Assembly: GCF_009914755.1 (NCBI RefSeq)
Contig: NC_060942.1
Strand: one strand, 5' to 3'
DNA from: the human T2T-CHM13v2.0 reference genome, Homo sapiens
Length of the DNA stretch: 64,000 bases
Numbering within the stretch: the first letter of the stretch is position 1; each line of letters starts with the position of its first letter. Below are positions 1-13,700 of the stretch, in pieces. Below the pieces are notes generated by a model. It did no database searches. It worked only from the letters and a program-made list of their open reading frames with translations, and was not told where the DNA came from. Made by a program: the position numbers and the translations under genes.

Positions 1-445
1 AGCCAAAAAAGTATAAACACAAACATCTACCAACAGATGAATGGGTTAACAAAATGTGGTATATCTATACAATGGAATATTACTTAGCTATATTTTAATA
101 TAATAGATAAAAAAGAATAAAGCACTGATATATGCTGTAACATGGATGAATCCTGAAAACATCATGTTACATGAAAGAATCTGGACACTAAAGATCATGG
201 AAATCATTCCACTCAGACGTAATATCTGAAAGAGCGAACCCTACAGACAAGAAGTGAGCCGGTGATTGCTGAGGGCTGTAGGAGGGATGGGAGGGATTGC
301 TAGAAGGTACAGGTTTCTTTTGGAGGTGAAGTCAATGTTGTAAAATGGACTGTTGGGATAGTTGCACGTATCCAGTAAACAAGACTGCATTGTACACCTT
401 AAGTGGGTGAATTGTATGTCATTTGAATTACATCTCAATAAAGCT
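1..445 (+). mobile_element. Old L1 (L1M-type) 3' end
   Basis: Typical L1M 3' motifs: ACAGATGAATGG..AAAATGTGGTATAT..ACAATGGAATATTA, ending GTGAATTGTATG..ATCTCAATAAAGCTG. Confidence 0.85.
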
Positions 446-678
446 GTTTTTTTTTTTTAAAAAACCCATAAACGCTCAGTTTATGGGTAGTTAAAAATGA
501 AACATTGTAGCATTATTGAAAGGGCATTTGGAACCACATGTTGGAGGGAACTCAGGAAGCCATTTTCCCACAGACAACATTACTTAGATTAGTAAATGGC
601 CCTTTCAGTTTAAAGCCACACTCTTTGTGAGATCATTTTGTAGTGTAATTAAGATGGCAGTGTGTAAATAATGAGTAC

Positions 679-868
679 TGTGAAGCTTGTCAGAATCAAA
701 ATGGAGTCACTTAGGTTAAAATGCTGAAAAATGAAGCCAGGGAAGGCCACGAAGGGAGGATTTTCATGCATAAATAAATGCCTGATGACAAGAGCTGCTA
801 CAAAAGACTGCGAAAACCACAACCCTGCAAAAAGACCATCACAACACCGCCCCCCCCGCCACACCACA

Positions 869-908
<40 letters not shown>

Positions 909-1162
909 CCGTGAGGACAGTTGCCCAGCAACTGCCTGTCCGGCCTCCAGCTGGCACCGCCCTTGCTATTGATCCTTGTAGCCAAGGATCATTATGTCAG
1001 AACAATGTATAATCCTCCTTATTTTTCCTTAAAAAAGCTTTGTCTTCTCTCACCTCCCGGAATGCACACATAGCTTACCATGGCACATGTATTCCCATTG
1101 CAATGCAATTCCTAGATAAACATGGTTTTTTAGAGTCTTTCTGTTTGTTATCTAGGTTGACA
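679..1162 (+). mobile_element. Solo LTR, ERV1 class (MER34/MER39-like), containing a (CA)n
   Basis: TG...CA termini (TGTGAAGCTTGTCAGAATCAAAATGGAGTCAC ... TAGGTTGACA); near 4-bp TSD gtac/atac. Subfamily uncertain. Confidence 0.7.
860..906. repeat. (CA)n microsatellite
   Basis: Direct reading. Confidence 0.95.
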
Positions 1163-2074
1163 ATACAAAGAAATGTGCTCAGAATATTATTTAAACACTG
1201 TCTTCTAGAAATTACAGCCAAGCAAACATTAACCAGTGTCACCATCAGACTGTTTATCAAGGTCTGTTATGTAACTGGACATACTTCTATTTTAGGAACA
1301 CAAAATACTCTGCCATTTATTCCTGGAAGCCACCGCTCCATCAGCTGGTTAAGTAAAATAAGAAGGATGATCACATTAAGAAGGGGGAGGGGGGAGAGAG
1401 AGAGAGAGATTGATTCAGTGTGGCTCTTTTACTACAAGAGTTTGATAGTTGAGTGAATTTCAAGTTTGAATAAAATGCACTTAAAGCTAATTCATGTAAG
1501 GTTAAGGGCCGTTATTCAGTTCAAAAGAATATTGCACATTATTAAAAACAGAGGAATGCAATGGAATACTCCAATCTTCTTAATTTGATGGTGAATACCC
1601 TTCCTTTAGTTTCATATAATTAAAAAAAAAACAGTCCTACTTAATTCCCCAGAACATATTCCCCTGTGCCTACATGTGTTTCTGTATTGAACTGTGTCCT
1701 ATAATGCAGATGTGGTAGAAGGGCAATAGGTCAAATATACAAAGAAAGATCTTTGCTCAAAAGACAGTAACAGAGAAAAAGGATGTACCCTTCTCTGAAT
1801 GTGTAGCTTGGCCCTGCCAATCTTCTTATCTCTTTAGTTTCTCTCCCACTGTGGAATAGGCAGAATGATATTTTCTATCTCACAGGGTCACTGTGAACAT
1901 TAAATGATCTCATGGCCCTTTTAGGGCTCATGTAAGGCTCATGACAGTATCTGGTGCTCAGCTAGCGCGGAGCCAATGCCACATGTCACCATTATGTTTT
2001 TACTGTCATTCATCTTCTGATTGTTTTCCATAGTCAGGCCTTTGGAAAGGTGAACATAAAATCTTCTTAAGTAA

Positions 2075-2410
<336 letters not shown>

Positions 2411-3559
2411 CTCAGTGCAATAAGGAGAGAGAGAGTGACAGACAGACAGACAAACAGAGAGAGAGAGAGACTGATTCTAACTGCATCTGCATTCTAGTTC
2501 CCTTACCTAAAGGAGCAAACTCAGAACGCAAAATGGAACTGCCATGATCTCTGCAGATGCCTTTCTTCAAAGCTGAGTTCTGCTATCCCTGTGATCAGAA
2601 AGATGAATCATCAGAACAGCAAATCTGTTCCAACTTGTCCTAAGAGCTGGAGGAACCCAGACCAGGCTAATGCTTGTTCCTACCCATTCAAGAGCAAAAT
2701 TAGTCACCCTGACTTTATTAAGTAACTGCATGTGTTCCAAAGAGTTCGTGCATACAAGTGCGAATAGATGCCAACCATCACGATCAATTAGGGACAATTC
2801 CTCATTTTCAAGAGTCTAAACAGGATATTCTCTGCAAATCCACATTCTGGAGAAATGTTGTTTTTCAGGCCACAGATGTTCTCTAGCCTTGTAGTGGGTA
2901 ATCAAATCAAGTTAGAATATGGTTACACGAAGATGCAAGTCATAAAAATACTGAAAAACCTCTCTATGGAGCATTCAACTCATTCTCACAGGTCACACAA
3001 CTAATCTATCCAGGAATAATGCAGATTAAATGGGTTTCTCTGAGTTATTCATGAAACAATACTTCTATTTTAAGCGCTAAGGGAATTATGACTTCAAAGA
3101 AAAATCAATCTCCTAGTCTTTATAGTTTAATGCACATTATTACAAGCTCAAGAACAAACCATAAAAAACCGATTTTCTTTTACATGTTGAGGAGTTGGCA
3201 AAAAAGGCATGAGCTATTATAATGTTCCTAAACAGAACATCTAAATATTTTGTATTCCAACAATGACAGGAAAAGAGTGTCTTAAGAACAGCTCGTCAAA
3301 AGGAAGCAGTATACGCTCCTCTAATGTTCTCCAGACACCACGTCATAGTTCACTTCGAAACGCATTGCAATAAACCACTTTTTAAAAAGACTAAAATTGC
3401 CACGGAAGAATAGGCGATCCACCAAATGTTACATTCAATCTGTTTTATTTGAAAAGTATAAAAATAAATGGTTCATCAATCACTACAGCCCCTTTATTAA
3501 TTCCATAGAAAAAAAAAACAACAACAACGAAGACACATGCTTTTGGATGCGAAGCACTG

Positions 3560-4580
3560 GCAGAGCCCTTGCCACCGCAAACGGAAAGAGGGAGGGACTC
3601 CTGACCCATCCAGGAGGCGAAATAGCCCCGCGCCAGCGCCCCACCCCTCTGCCCTGCCCCTTAGGGAAAAGCCCCGCGGAGCCTGGCGGGGAGGAACACG
3701 CGACCTTCGCACTCACCTGGCGCGGCCAGGTCTCCCTGGCCCCAGAAAAAGGCCAACATTGATGATGACCTTACCTTTAAAAGAAAATAAGACGTTTGTA
3801 TTCCCCACTCCCATTTTTTTCTTTTTTTTCTGCTTTGGCCACCCGCGGCAGGTGGTGCAGCAGCCCCGCTCTGAGCAGGGATCTGCGGAGCTCGCCAGCC
3901 CTAGACCGGATCCCAGGGAGGAGGCGCGGCCGGAGCCAAAGCGCAGAGGCCTCCCTCCCTCGCGCGCCGGGTCGCACTTCATTCCTGCACGGGCAGAATC
4001 ATCTGGCTTCTGCAAAGCAGTCGCGCAGCGCTGTAGGGTGAGGCCGGCGTGGGAATCTAGGGAAGGCTGGAGGCAAACACCGCAGGAGGAGGGGAGGGGA
4101 GGGGAGGCGAGCCGGGAGGCCTGGGGAGGGGAGCCTGGGCGCGCCCCGGGCAGCTCCTCTTGGGCCGGGTTCCTCCTTCCAGGCAGGCGCTGGGATGGGG
4201 CCTTCTCCTCCCAGGGTCGCCCTGGGGACAGGTCCCGGGGCAGCTGGGAGCACCCCACGCACGTGGGCTGGGATCCCCGCTTCCCACTTGCGCGCTCCTG
4301 CTGCCTGGGAGGCCACCGCTGACACCCCGCGGGGCAGGGGATGGGGCAGGGGTCTCCGGGGACTTCCACAGCCTATGTCCACGCGGCGCCTGGAGGGGAG
4401 CGGGAGGAGCAGGCAGGTTCCCACCCTCCGAGCCCAGGCAAGGAACGGCCTTGGCGAGGGAGCCCGGGCCCTCCAGGCCACACCTACGGGGCTCCTAAGG
4501 CCGGGTTCTCGCCCACAGCAGAGACCCTGGCCACGCATGGCCACCTGGCCTCCGGGATGCGTCTTCGAGTGCTGGGGCCT
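3560..4580. promoter_or_regulatory. Intronic CpG island (intron 2), candidate alternative promoter or enhancer
   Basis: Abrupt switch from AT-rich flanks to CpG-dense GC-rich sequence with G-runs and GC-box-like motifs; not repeat-like. Confidence 0.75.
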
Positions 4581-5195
4581 CAATAAACAAATACTGTAGC
4601 CTGGGTACTATAAACCACAGAAAACCCTTCCTCCCGGTTCTGCAGGCTGGGAAGAGGTGGCTTTGTTGAGGGCCCCGGGCATCCCTCAGGGATAGTGCCT
4701 TCCAGCTGCGTCCACGTCCAGCAGAAGGGGCGAGGGAACCCCCAGCCCCTTTAATGAGGGCAGGACCCATCCATGAAGGAGGGGCCTGTGGACTTAACTG
4801 CACCCCAAAGACCCACCTCTTAACATTGTCACGTTGGGTGCTAGGTACCAACGTATGACTGTTGGGGCCACCAACCTTCAGGGCACACCAGATGCTCAGT
4901 TTTTAATGTTGTCACAGGCCCATAACCTTCTTACATACAAAAAAATTGGGAAACATTATTCTGGTATGATGCATGCGTATGATAATAATCACATGCAGAT
5001 TAAAATGTTCTAGAGATATTGTAAATCATTAGCATTGGGTAAAGTTGCCATTATTAAACAGTTTTTTTGTGCTTCTTTATTTCTCTAAAACAAACTATGG
5101 TTTTTATAATAATACAAAAGATCAGTAGGATAAAAAAATTTTTTTTGAATAAAACTTTACAAATCCACCTTTTATATTCAAATCATTAATGATCC

Positions 5196-6100
5196 CTGCA
5201 GTGGGTTGTGTCCCTTTTCCCCCAAAAATAATATGCCCAAGTCCTAGCCCCTAGCACCTTGAAGATGTCCTTATTTGGAAACAGAGTCTTTGCAGATTTA
5301 ATGAAGTTAAGGATCTCCAGATGAGATCAGTCTGCATGGGCTACAAGGCCTAAAATCAAGGCCTGAGTCTATGTGTGGACACTCCCCTGCTCCGATGGAC
5401 AAGGCCCAGGCCACCCACCCTCCTTGTCACAGGGCCTGGCGCAGTGGTGCTCACCTTGCATCACAGGCCTTGGTTCCCTGACAGCTGGCGGAATTATTCA
5501 CGTAGCCTGTCACATCCTCCCACGGGACACAGGGCACCTGCCTTCTTCATACTACAAAGGACACAGAGGGCACTGCCTTCTCCGAACTACACGGCCTGCC
5601 TTCCACAGCCCCTGGGTGTTCATTCCATTCCTAGGTGTGACCCCTGTGTGGCCCTGGCTGGCAGGCCCTGTCTCCCTCCCTCGGGCTGTGAGTGACTCAC
5701 ACCTCACCTGGCCAGTGTCAGATGTCAAGTGTGCGGCCATTTCCATGGCCCCAGGGCAGGAATTCCTGCCTCACCAGACCAGGTTATCCAGGTATGCCCT
5801 GATCCAATGACTAGTGTCCTAAGGAGAGAAGACAGAGAGCTACACAAAGAAGAGAAGAGGCAGGGAGAAGGCAGGGGCAGAAACTGGAGAGAAGGGACAC
5901 AGCCTCAAGGCACAAAACGTGGCAGGAGCCTCCAGAAGCCCTGAGGGGCAGCAGGGGTTCTCCCACAGAGCCTCCGCCTCAGGCAGGGGAACATGACCCT
6001 GCCCACACCTTGATGTCAGACTTCTGGCCTCCAGGTCCCTAAGAAAATAAATTCCTGTTGTTTTAGGCATTCAGCATGTGGCAGTTCGTGGGAGTAGCCG
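5196..6100 (+). mobile_element. MLT1 (MaLR) LTR, split by a ~450-bp insert
   Basis: CCTTATTTGGAAACAGAGTCTTTGCAGAT..AAGTTAAGGATCT at 5270-5330 resumes as CCCTGATCCAATGACTAGTGTCC..CACCTTGATGTCAGACTTCTGGCCTCCAG at 5780-6100. Confidence 0.75.
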
Positions 6101-8014
6101 CTCTTGGGCTCTTGGAGGCTACAGTACTTTTCAGGCCGGAGGGTCCCATCCTGCCGTGACTTTTACGAATATTTTCTTCTTGGTCTGACAGCAAAAATAC
6201 AGCATAGGGAGTCTGGCTGGTGCATCTGCCTGAAATATCTGCAGGAGGTGATGAGAAGTCAGTTCAGGCCCTTGTCTCTTCTTGCCCTAGCTCCTAGGCA
6301 TGCATTCCAAAACCCAAGGCTCAGGGGTGTCCCCACATCACCTAGAATGGCATCTTCATCTGTGTCCCTGGCTGTGACAGGATAGTCAGACACTCACAGA
6401 TCAGACAGTACTGCTGGTACACCTCCAAGTCTTGGTGGGATTTGCTGAACTGTGACCTGCAGCTTTGCAGGTGCAGGTGAAGGCAGCGGCCTTCTGTGCA
6501 GTGTGGCCTTGCTCTCCCTGGTCAGCAGACACATGGAGACCCACCTGTCAGAGGGGCCTCAGCCTTAAACGAAGGTGTAAACTGGCCTCGGGGAGAGTCC
6601 TGGGGCCAGTAGTAATGTCTAGCCCCCGTTGCCTGAGGTTGAGACAAACGTGCTTTCCTCCTTTTCAAAACAAAGTCGCAACTCTAGCAAGCATGAAATT
6701 AAACGTTACTAAATTAAAATCAGAGACATCTCTGTACCCTCACATCCTACCATTTGCCTCAGCCGACAACGTGCTATTCACACTCACGTGTCCATACCAA
6801 ACAACACTGTTTGGATCCATGCTTTCACCAGCTACCACTCTGAGTCTCAGCTCCTCTTTACAGCAAAACTTCTCAAAACAGACTTCCATACACACCAATC
6901 CAATCTCCTCCTGCCATTTCCTCGCCAACAAAACACTGATTGGGTTTTCACCACTGAGGTGGCTCTGTCCCTGCAGCTGTGACCTCCCGGTGCACCCGCA
7001 ATGCCAGTCCTCAGTCTCCATCTCTCTTAGACTCCCGGGTGTCTGATGGCCCCGTGCTCTCTCCTTGGTGGGACGTTTCCTAACACCTCACTTTGGACAC
7101 GTCTATCCTCCCGGCTCTCGGGCTTTCCTTATCAGCCTCACCTTCCTGACCCCGGGATGGTGAAGTCCAGGCTCAGCGGCGGACTCTCCTCTCTGAACCC
7201 ATGTCCTCTAGCACTGTGTCTGCTGTGCTCCCCCTGCCTATCTGCAGGACAACCGGGGAGTCTCAACCTAAATGACTCTGCCCTCGTTCCCCTGGAGGAG
7301 AAGAGAAGGGGCGACCTCACACAGGACCAGGGCCGGACGGGGCAGAAGGGAGGAAGAGTTCCCGTGCTGGCACAGAGGTGGCAGGGGGAGGCAGCAGTGC
7401 AGCTGGAGCCCAGGCCTGCTGTGAGAGGGCAGAGAGTGAGCCTGGGCTGTGCTCACAGGACATTCCTCAAACTCATTCCTAAAAGAGGTAAATTCCTACC
7501 ACACATTCGAAAACAACATACAAGCTAGCCCTTTACGTGAACATTTCTAGACACTGGTATTTTGTTAAGTGCCTCAATGCAATTATGAGATCATACAGTG
7601 AGGTTGCACACACAGCTAACAATGATCTACACTGCACTTATCCTAAATCACTGTGGATAATTAGTATAATTACAAAATTGCCTGACTTACAGTTTGTATT
7701 TGGTTATATATGAATTGTGCTCAAGCATAATTTAGGATGCATTCAATAAATTATTTAATATTTAATAAATTCTTTAGTAGCAAGGACTCTGTTTTCCAAG
7801 TATCAAAGGCTGCAGAAATGTAATATTGAATTTTATTTATAATTATATGATAATTACATTTTAAAATATGATAATTAGATTAATACAGACATCAAACTAC
7901 AGTGAAGAGAATGACAGGTAGGAACCACCCAGGTGCAGAGCTAGGGCTGAGTGCGGGAAGAGGCCACACAGTGTTCAAGGGCACTCGCCACGGATGGCGT
8001 CTGCAGGGCAAGAG

Positions 8015-8330
8015 AAACCACACACACACACACACACACCCACCCACCCACACCCCTATACAGGTATACACACCACAAACACACATGCACACATGCGTGA
8101 ACACACATGTATACACCCCCACATCACCATACATGCAAACACACCACATACACACATATACACACCACAAATACATCCCATACATGTATATATGCCACAC
8201 ACACACCACACACACATCCTCATACATGTATACACACCACAGACACACACCCGCACATGTATACACACCACACACCCATACATACATGTACACACGTGCA
8301 CATACCACGTATGCACAGTTACAAACACAG
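8015..8330. repeat. CA/TA-rich low-complexity repeat
   Basis: Degenerate CACACA/CATACATGTATACAC units; source of the H/T-rich and C/V-rich ORFs. Confidence 0.9.
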
Positions 8331-10253
8331 AGATATAATTTTTCACAAACATATTCCATTATATAAAAAGTCTCACTTCCAAATTTAAACTTTTAAAACC
8401 AGATTGCCGAAGATAGGGAACATCATTCTGAAAGCTGGATTTTTTAGGTTTCATCTCATTTAAAACATTTTAAGTGCATTTTATTAAATATAAAAAAGTT
8501 CTTTCCTAATAGTAAAAGCAAGCACAGATTTTAGACGAAAGGGCGTGCTTTCCACTTCCAGAGTCTAAAATAAACCTGTCTCTGCACAGCTGCAATTACA
8601 CGGCGGCGTTTCCGAAATGACCTGGCACAGTGCGCGGCGCCTCACATAGGCCCAGGGCCGCGGCCAGCGCTGAGCAGACTGGTGACTAGAAGCAGCTCCC
8701 CGTCGGGCTGCACCCTCCCTCTGTCCCTCGCGGGGGCATCTGCAGAAGGGCACTGAATGCGCTCCCCACCCCAGGAAACCCAGCCCCTCCACTCTTCCAG
8801 GAAGGAGCGTCGTCATGGCCACACAGGCAGGGAATAACTGATGCACAGAATTCAGCCGGGCCGCACTCAGCACCGCGCTCTCCAGATGCAAACGGACACA
8901 CGCAAACCGGCCCCAGACTCGAGAATTCGTCCGCAGAGATGCATCCACTACAACTCAAACATCATTCCACCTTAAAAACCCTGCTTAATGACATCAGCCC
9001 TGCTCTGCCGGTTTTGTGGCCTCTTTGACACAGGCCGAGATCCTCCCTTCTCTGGCCTCCCCGCTGGCTGCCAGATCTCACCAAGCCACAAGTTACAGAC
9101 GCAGGGTGCAACTGAGGAACATGATCAGTGAAGGAAGAAATAAGGAAGGGGGAGCTTTACGAGTCCAGCTAAAAACAAGAGGACAAACTAGCCAGACCCC
9201 TCGGAGAAGCAGGCTCCTCATTTCACGAAATCGGCCGTTTCCTTCAGCAGCTCCCCTGACCCCCGTTACAGTCTGTGACGATGACGAGAGACACGCCTGC
9301 TGCCCTGCTCAGTGGGGAACACACCGGCCCCGCGTGCGTATTTCGCTGTTTCTGACTTCACACAAAGAACTGTTGTTATGTTTCCATCACTTACACGCAG
9401 CAACCAGCATTCAATGTTGTGCTCTCAAAGTCTGTTTAAAGTTGGCTGCTTGCAAACTGGGCCATAGTTTCTGACAAAAATGATGCTGGTAAGCTAACTC
9501 CCAGGCCGAGAATGCCCATGCTGTGGGCAAAGGAACAGAGCCCGCGTCCCCGGTGCCTGAGTGCCCGCCCCTGGGTTGTCTGAGCAGAAGCTGGATTGTG
9601 TGCCTGGAGCCCTGTCGCCCTCAGCCAGACCCGGGGTCGAGGCTGGGCCGGCTCTCCGGGAGCATCAGGGATCCGGTTGGAGAGAGGCTCATATGGCGGT
9701 CCCAGGGGCCACCTCGAGGGGGTTGACCGGAGCTGGGTCTGGGAGCTGCAGCAGAGGGAAGGCGGCATGAGGAGAGAGCCGCAGGCGGGGCGTGTGCACA
9801 AAGTGCAGGTGTGTGGAGGCCCTGTGGGTTTACATTGCCCTGAGGCACCACTTCACGATCACCCCATTATTTTTAATAAAGGTTGTGGAGAGGCTGCCCT
9901 TGTTTGCTAATTACGCCTTATATCTTTAATCATTGCATTCCAACTTAACAAAGGGATTTTAACAAAGGTCACCGTTTATCAGATGAAGCCAAATGCCCAC
10001 TTCCCTGCCTCCAAAACCAGAATGACCTTCAGGTGTGCTTTCCACCAAGCATGGACGAGAGACTTCCTTCGTGAATCTCCTCCAGAAGCAAAACATTACT
10101 GACTCAAAACGTTTGAGAGGCTGCTATCAAGGGTGAACCTCGTAAGATTGTTCTCTGATATCACTAAGAAATTCTGCATGTCAAACACAACATTCACAAG
10201 AAATTCCCACGGGCGGGCGCTGCAACTGCTGGACACCCCGCCCAGCAGCCTGA

Positions 10254-10726
<473 letters not shown>

Positions 10727-13700
10727 TAAAGTTTCTCTTTAAAAGGATGCCTTTTCTATATTATTTTATTCCTCTCTTTAGGAGCTCACTGAAGTTTTAT
10801 GGAAGCACCACACAAGTCAGCAGGGTGGGCTTTGGGGGGTGCATCACATCCAGAGGCAGTCCACACAAGGTTCCGTTGCTCATAAGTGCCGGTTCCCGGA
10901 CTCTGCAGGAGGCACACCTTAACGGGGACACTTTACTGCGGGTGCCACGTTAAATGACGACTGTAGGACTCTCCCACGTTGAGGTGAGCACAGGAGAGCT
11001 TACTTGTACATTTGTGCTATGGTTTACAGCACGCCAGCATTGTCTTTTTCTATTTGGGGCATTCATAAATGTGACTGTATTTTTCAGAGAAGTTTACCTC
11101 TGAACTCAAAATTAACTTTTGTATGATTTTGGGAAACACCCCAATTTTTCTCATGACAAACAGAGCTAATACCTGTCTAGTAGGGCAATGGGAGAATAAG
11201 GGTCGCCACAGCCAGCACACAGGAGAGCTCTGTTGTCCCAGGGGGGAGCCACTCGCAACTGTGGCCACTTCCATCTAAATCGCTTAAAAATATGACATTA
11301 AAAACACAGTTGTTCAGTTATAAGGGTCTCGTTTCGTGTGCTGTGGGCCACATGTGTCTAGAGGCTAACGTGTCACCAGGCAGCACAAATATAGAACATC
11401 TCCATTATGGCAGAACATCCCACTGGAGGTGCTGCAGGGGAGTGTCTTGATAGTAAGTTACCAACAAATGCGAGCTGTGACCACGTTGTGTGGCCATTTT
11501 AATGCACTTCTGCCTACTAAGAGATCGTCTAATATTCTGCTATTGAGTTCAAGAGTTTTCTAGAGGTTTGTCATGTGGGAGGTGTGTGTGAAAGAGTTCT
11601 AAACTCTGCTGAAGATAAGGTACAGTAAAAAGCCTGTTGGCACCCACACAATCTAAGAATTTTCCAGGCATTTCTCAGTGCCTGCATGTGTCCAAGTGTC
11701 AGGTGAGATCAGTGAGTGTCTTTAGCCCCTACTTTTCAGTTCCCTAAGCCTTTAAACATATATTAAATGGCCAATTTAAGAATTACATGAGTTCTCAAAA
11801 AATCTGCTTATGTGACTTACCTATAAAGTAGAAATTTTACACGTACAGATCTGTCAATTGCCAGCACACTGCAGTCAGATCAGAAAGGAAGAATTTCCCA
11901 GGGAATTTGGCGCTCAATGGCATGACAGCCGTGTCACAGCAATCCAGGTGTGGGTTTGGGTGACCGGAAGGAAGTGACTTTCTGAGTGATCTGGCTTTCC
12001 TTTCTGTGAAATGGTTATGGTGACAGGGGTCGGTTTCAACACATAATTGCAAGAGGAAGTGTAAGGGAGGGACAAACAGCGCATTGGATTTGGAGGTTTG
12101 ATGGGTCTGGGCTTCAGTTGCACCTCTGCTGTTCTCCAGGGAGGATGGATGGCTTTTCCTGCCCCCTTCACATTTATGTGCTCAGATGTCACCCAGCCTT
12201 GTGGCTTCTGGACCTGCCTCTGGGCAGGGGAATGTCTGGAGATGTTCCGTAGACACCCCAGGCAGTTAGGATTCATTCTTTTAACAAACAGTTCCTCAAC
12301 GTCAGCACCCGCCATGTGCACGCACCATTTGGGCCTGAGGACACCTCCGTCAGCAAAAACAAAGTTTACGCTCACTGGACTTAATTTTACTGCAGAGAGA
12401 GATGATTGCATAAAGCAGCTGTGAGCCAGTGATGGCTTAAAATATAATTATTTTTCATTCCTGAGGATGATATGACAAGAACAGAACTCACTAAAGATGT
12501 TAAATACCCTGACAATCTCTTGCACGTAGGATAAAATGTTGCAGGATTTATGATTCCATAAAGGAATGGCCGTGAGAAAATAACTCCTAGTTGGAAAAAG
12601 TCAGTGACATTTCACAGCTGGGCTGTCAGTAGTTTTAAAGGAAAAGCATTTTTCCCATCAAAGTGAAAGATTCTATTTACATGTTGATGGAAAGAGCTGA
12701 ATTGCTTCAATGCCTTTGTGTATATTTGCAAACTAAATGTCTCATTTCTCAGAATGTCATTTTAATAGTATCTGGAGAGTGTCATCAAGAAAGAGTTGGG
12801 TTTTAATGATAATTAAATATGGAGCAGATTCTGCAGGGGGTGTGATTGCCCCTGGAGAGGTGCAGAGCGTATGCCTCATTCCTCCTGTCTGCAGTTAGAT
12901 TTGATGTGCAGCTTAAATAAAAAAAAAATCAGTTTAATTTGGAACACCAAACAGACCAATAAGTTACTCTCCACTGTAAAATTTACATATGATTTTACAG
13001 GCTCTCAGATCTTATTTTTAAGTGTGGTATCTTTTTTCTTAAGCTGATTAAATAGAAAAATCCAGAAATATTGCTAGGCATCTTTGTAGAACCTTTTTGA
13101 GCCTGATATGACGACCAGGGAAAGCCCAGTGTCTAGCTTTTCTCAGCCCACCCACAGCTGAAAAGCAGGTTTCCAGACTTATTGCTTGTTAGGTTTTGGA
13201 ATGTTTTGGAGCTCACCACTTGATTTCACCCATTTTGGGCAAATGTAAAAGTGTGAAGATAAACTACAAGTTGTGTTTTTATTTTTCAAGGTTCCTGGTT
13301 TACTGTTTCTAATTAGCAAGTCTTGTGAGTTTCATATGAGAAAAAGAAATAATAAGGTTTTCAGACCTCTCATCTTCCAGTTCATTCGCCTGTGAACTGA
13401 GACAGTGTTCAAAACACCAAAGTGAAAGAATTCAAATGGTGACAAATAACTCAAGGGCACTACAAACCCCTCCTTTGGGTTGGTGGGAAGTGGGGGAGCA
13501 GGGAGCACTGGGGAAGGGTACAGGGTCCCCAGAGACCAGGCCTGTTCTGGAACCTTCCACGGACACCCCCCCACCAACAGGGCAACACAAGTGAGCCCCC
13601 CACTGTGGGCCAACTCGGGGCAAGGACTCCCCTGATCCTTTGGATAATCGTTCAGGTAAATTCCCAAAGGTCATGGCTCACAGATATTGGGACCCCAGCT

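Noticed and set aside
7892-8388. His/Thr-rich and Cys/Val-rich ORFs (also 35377-36181)
   Set aside because: Translations of CA/TG low-complexity repeats.
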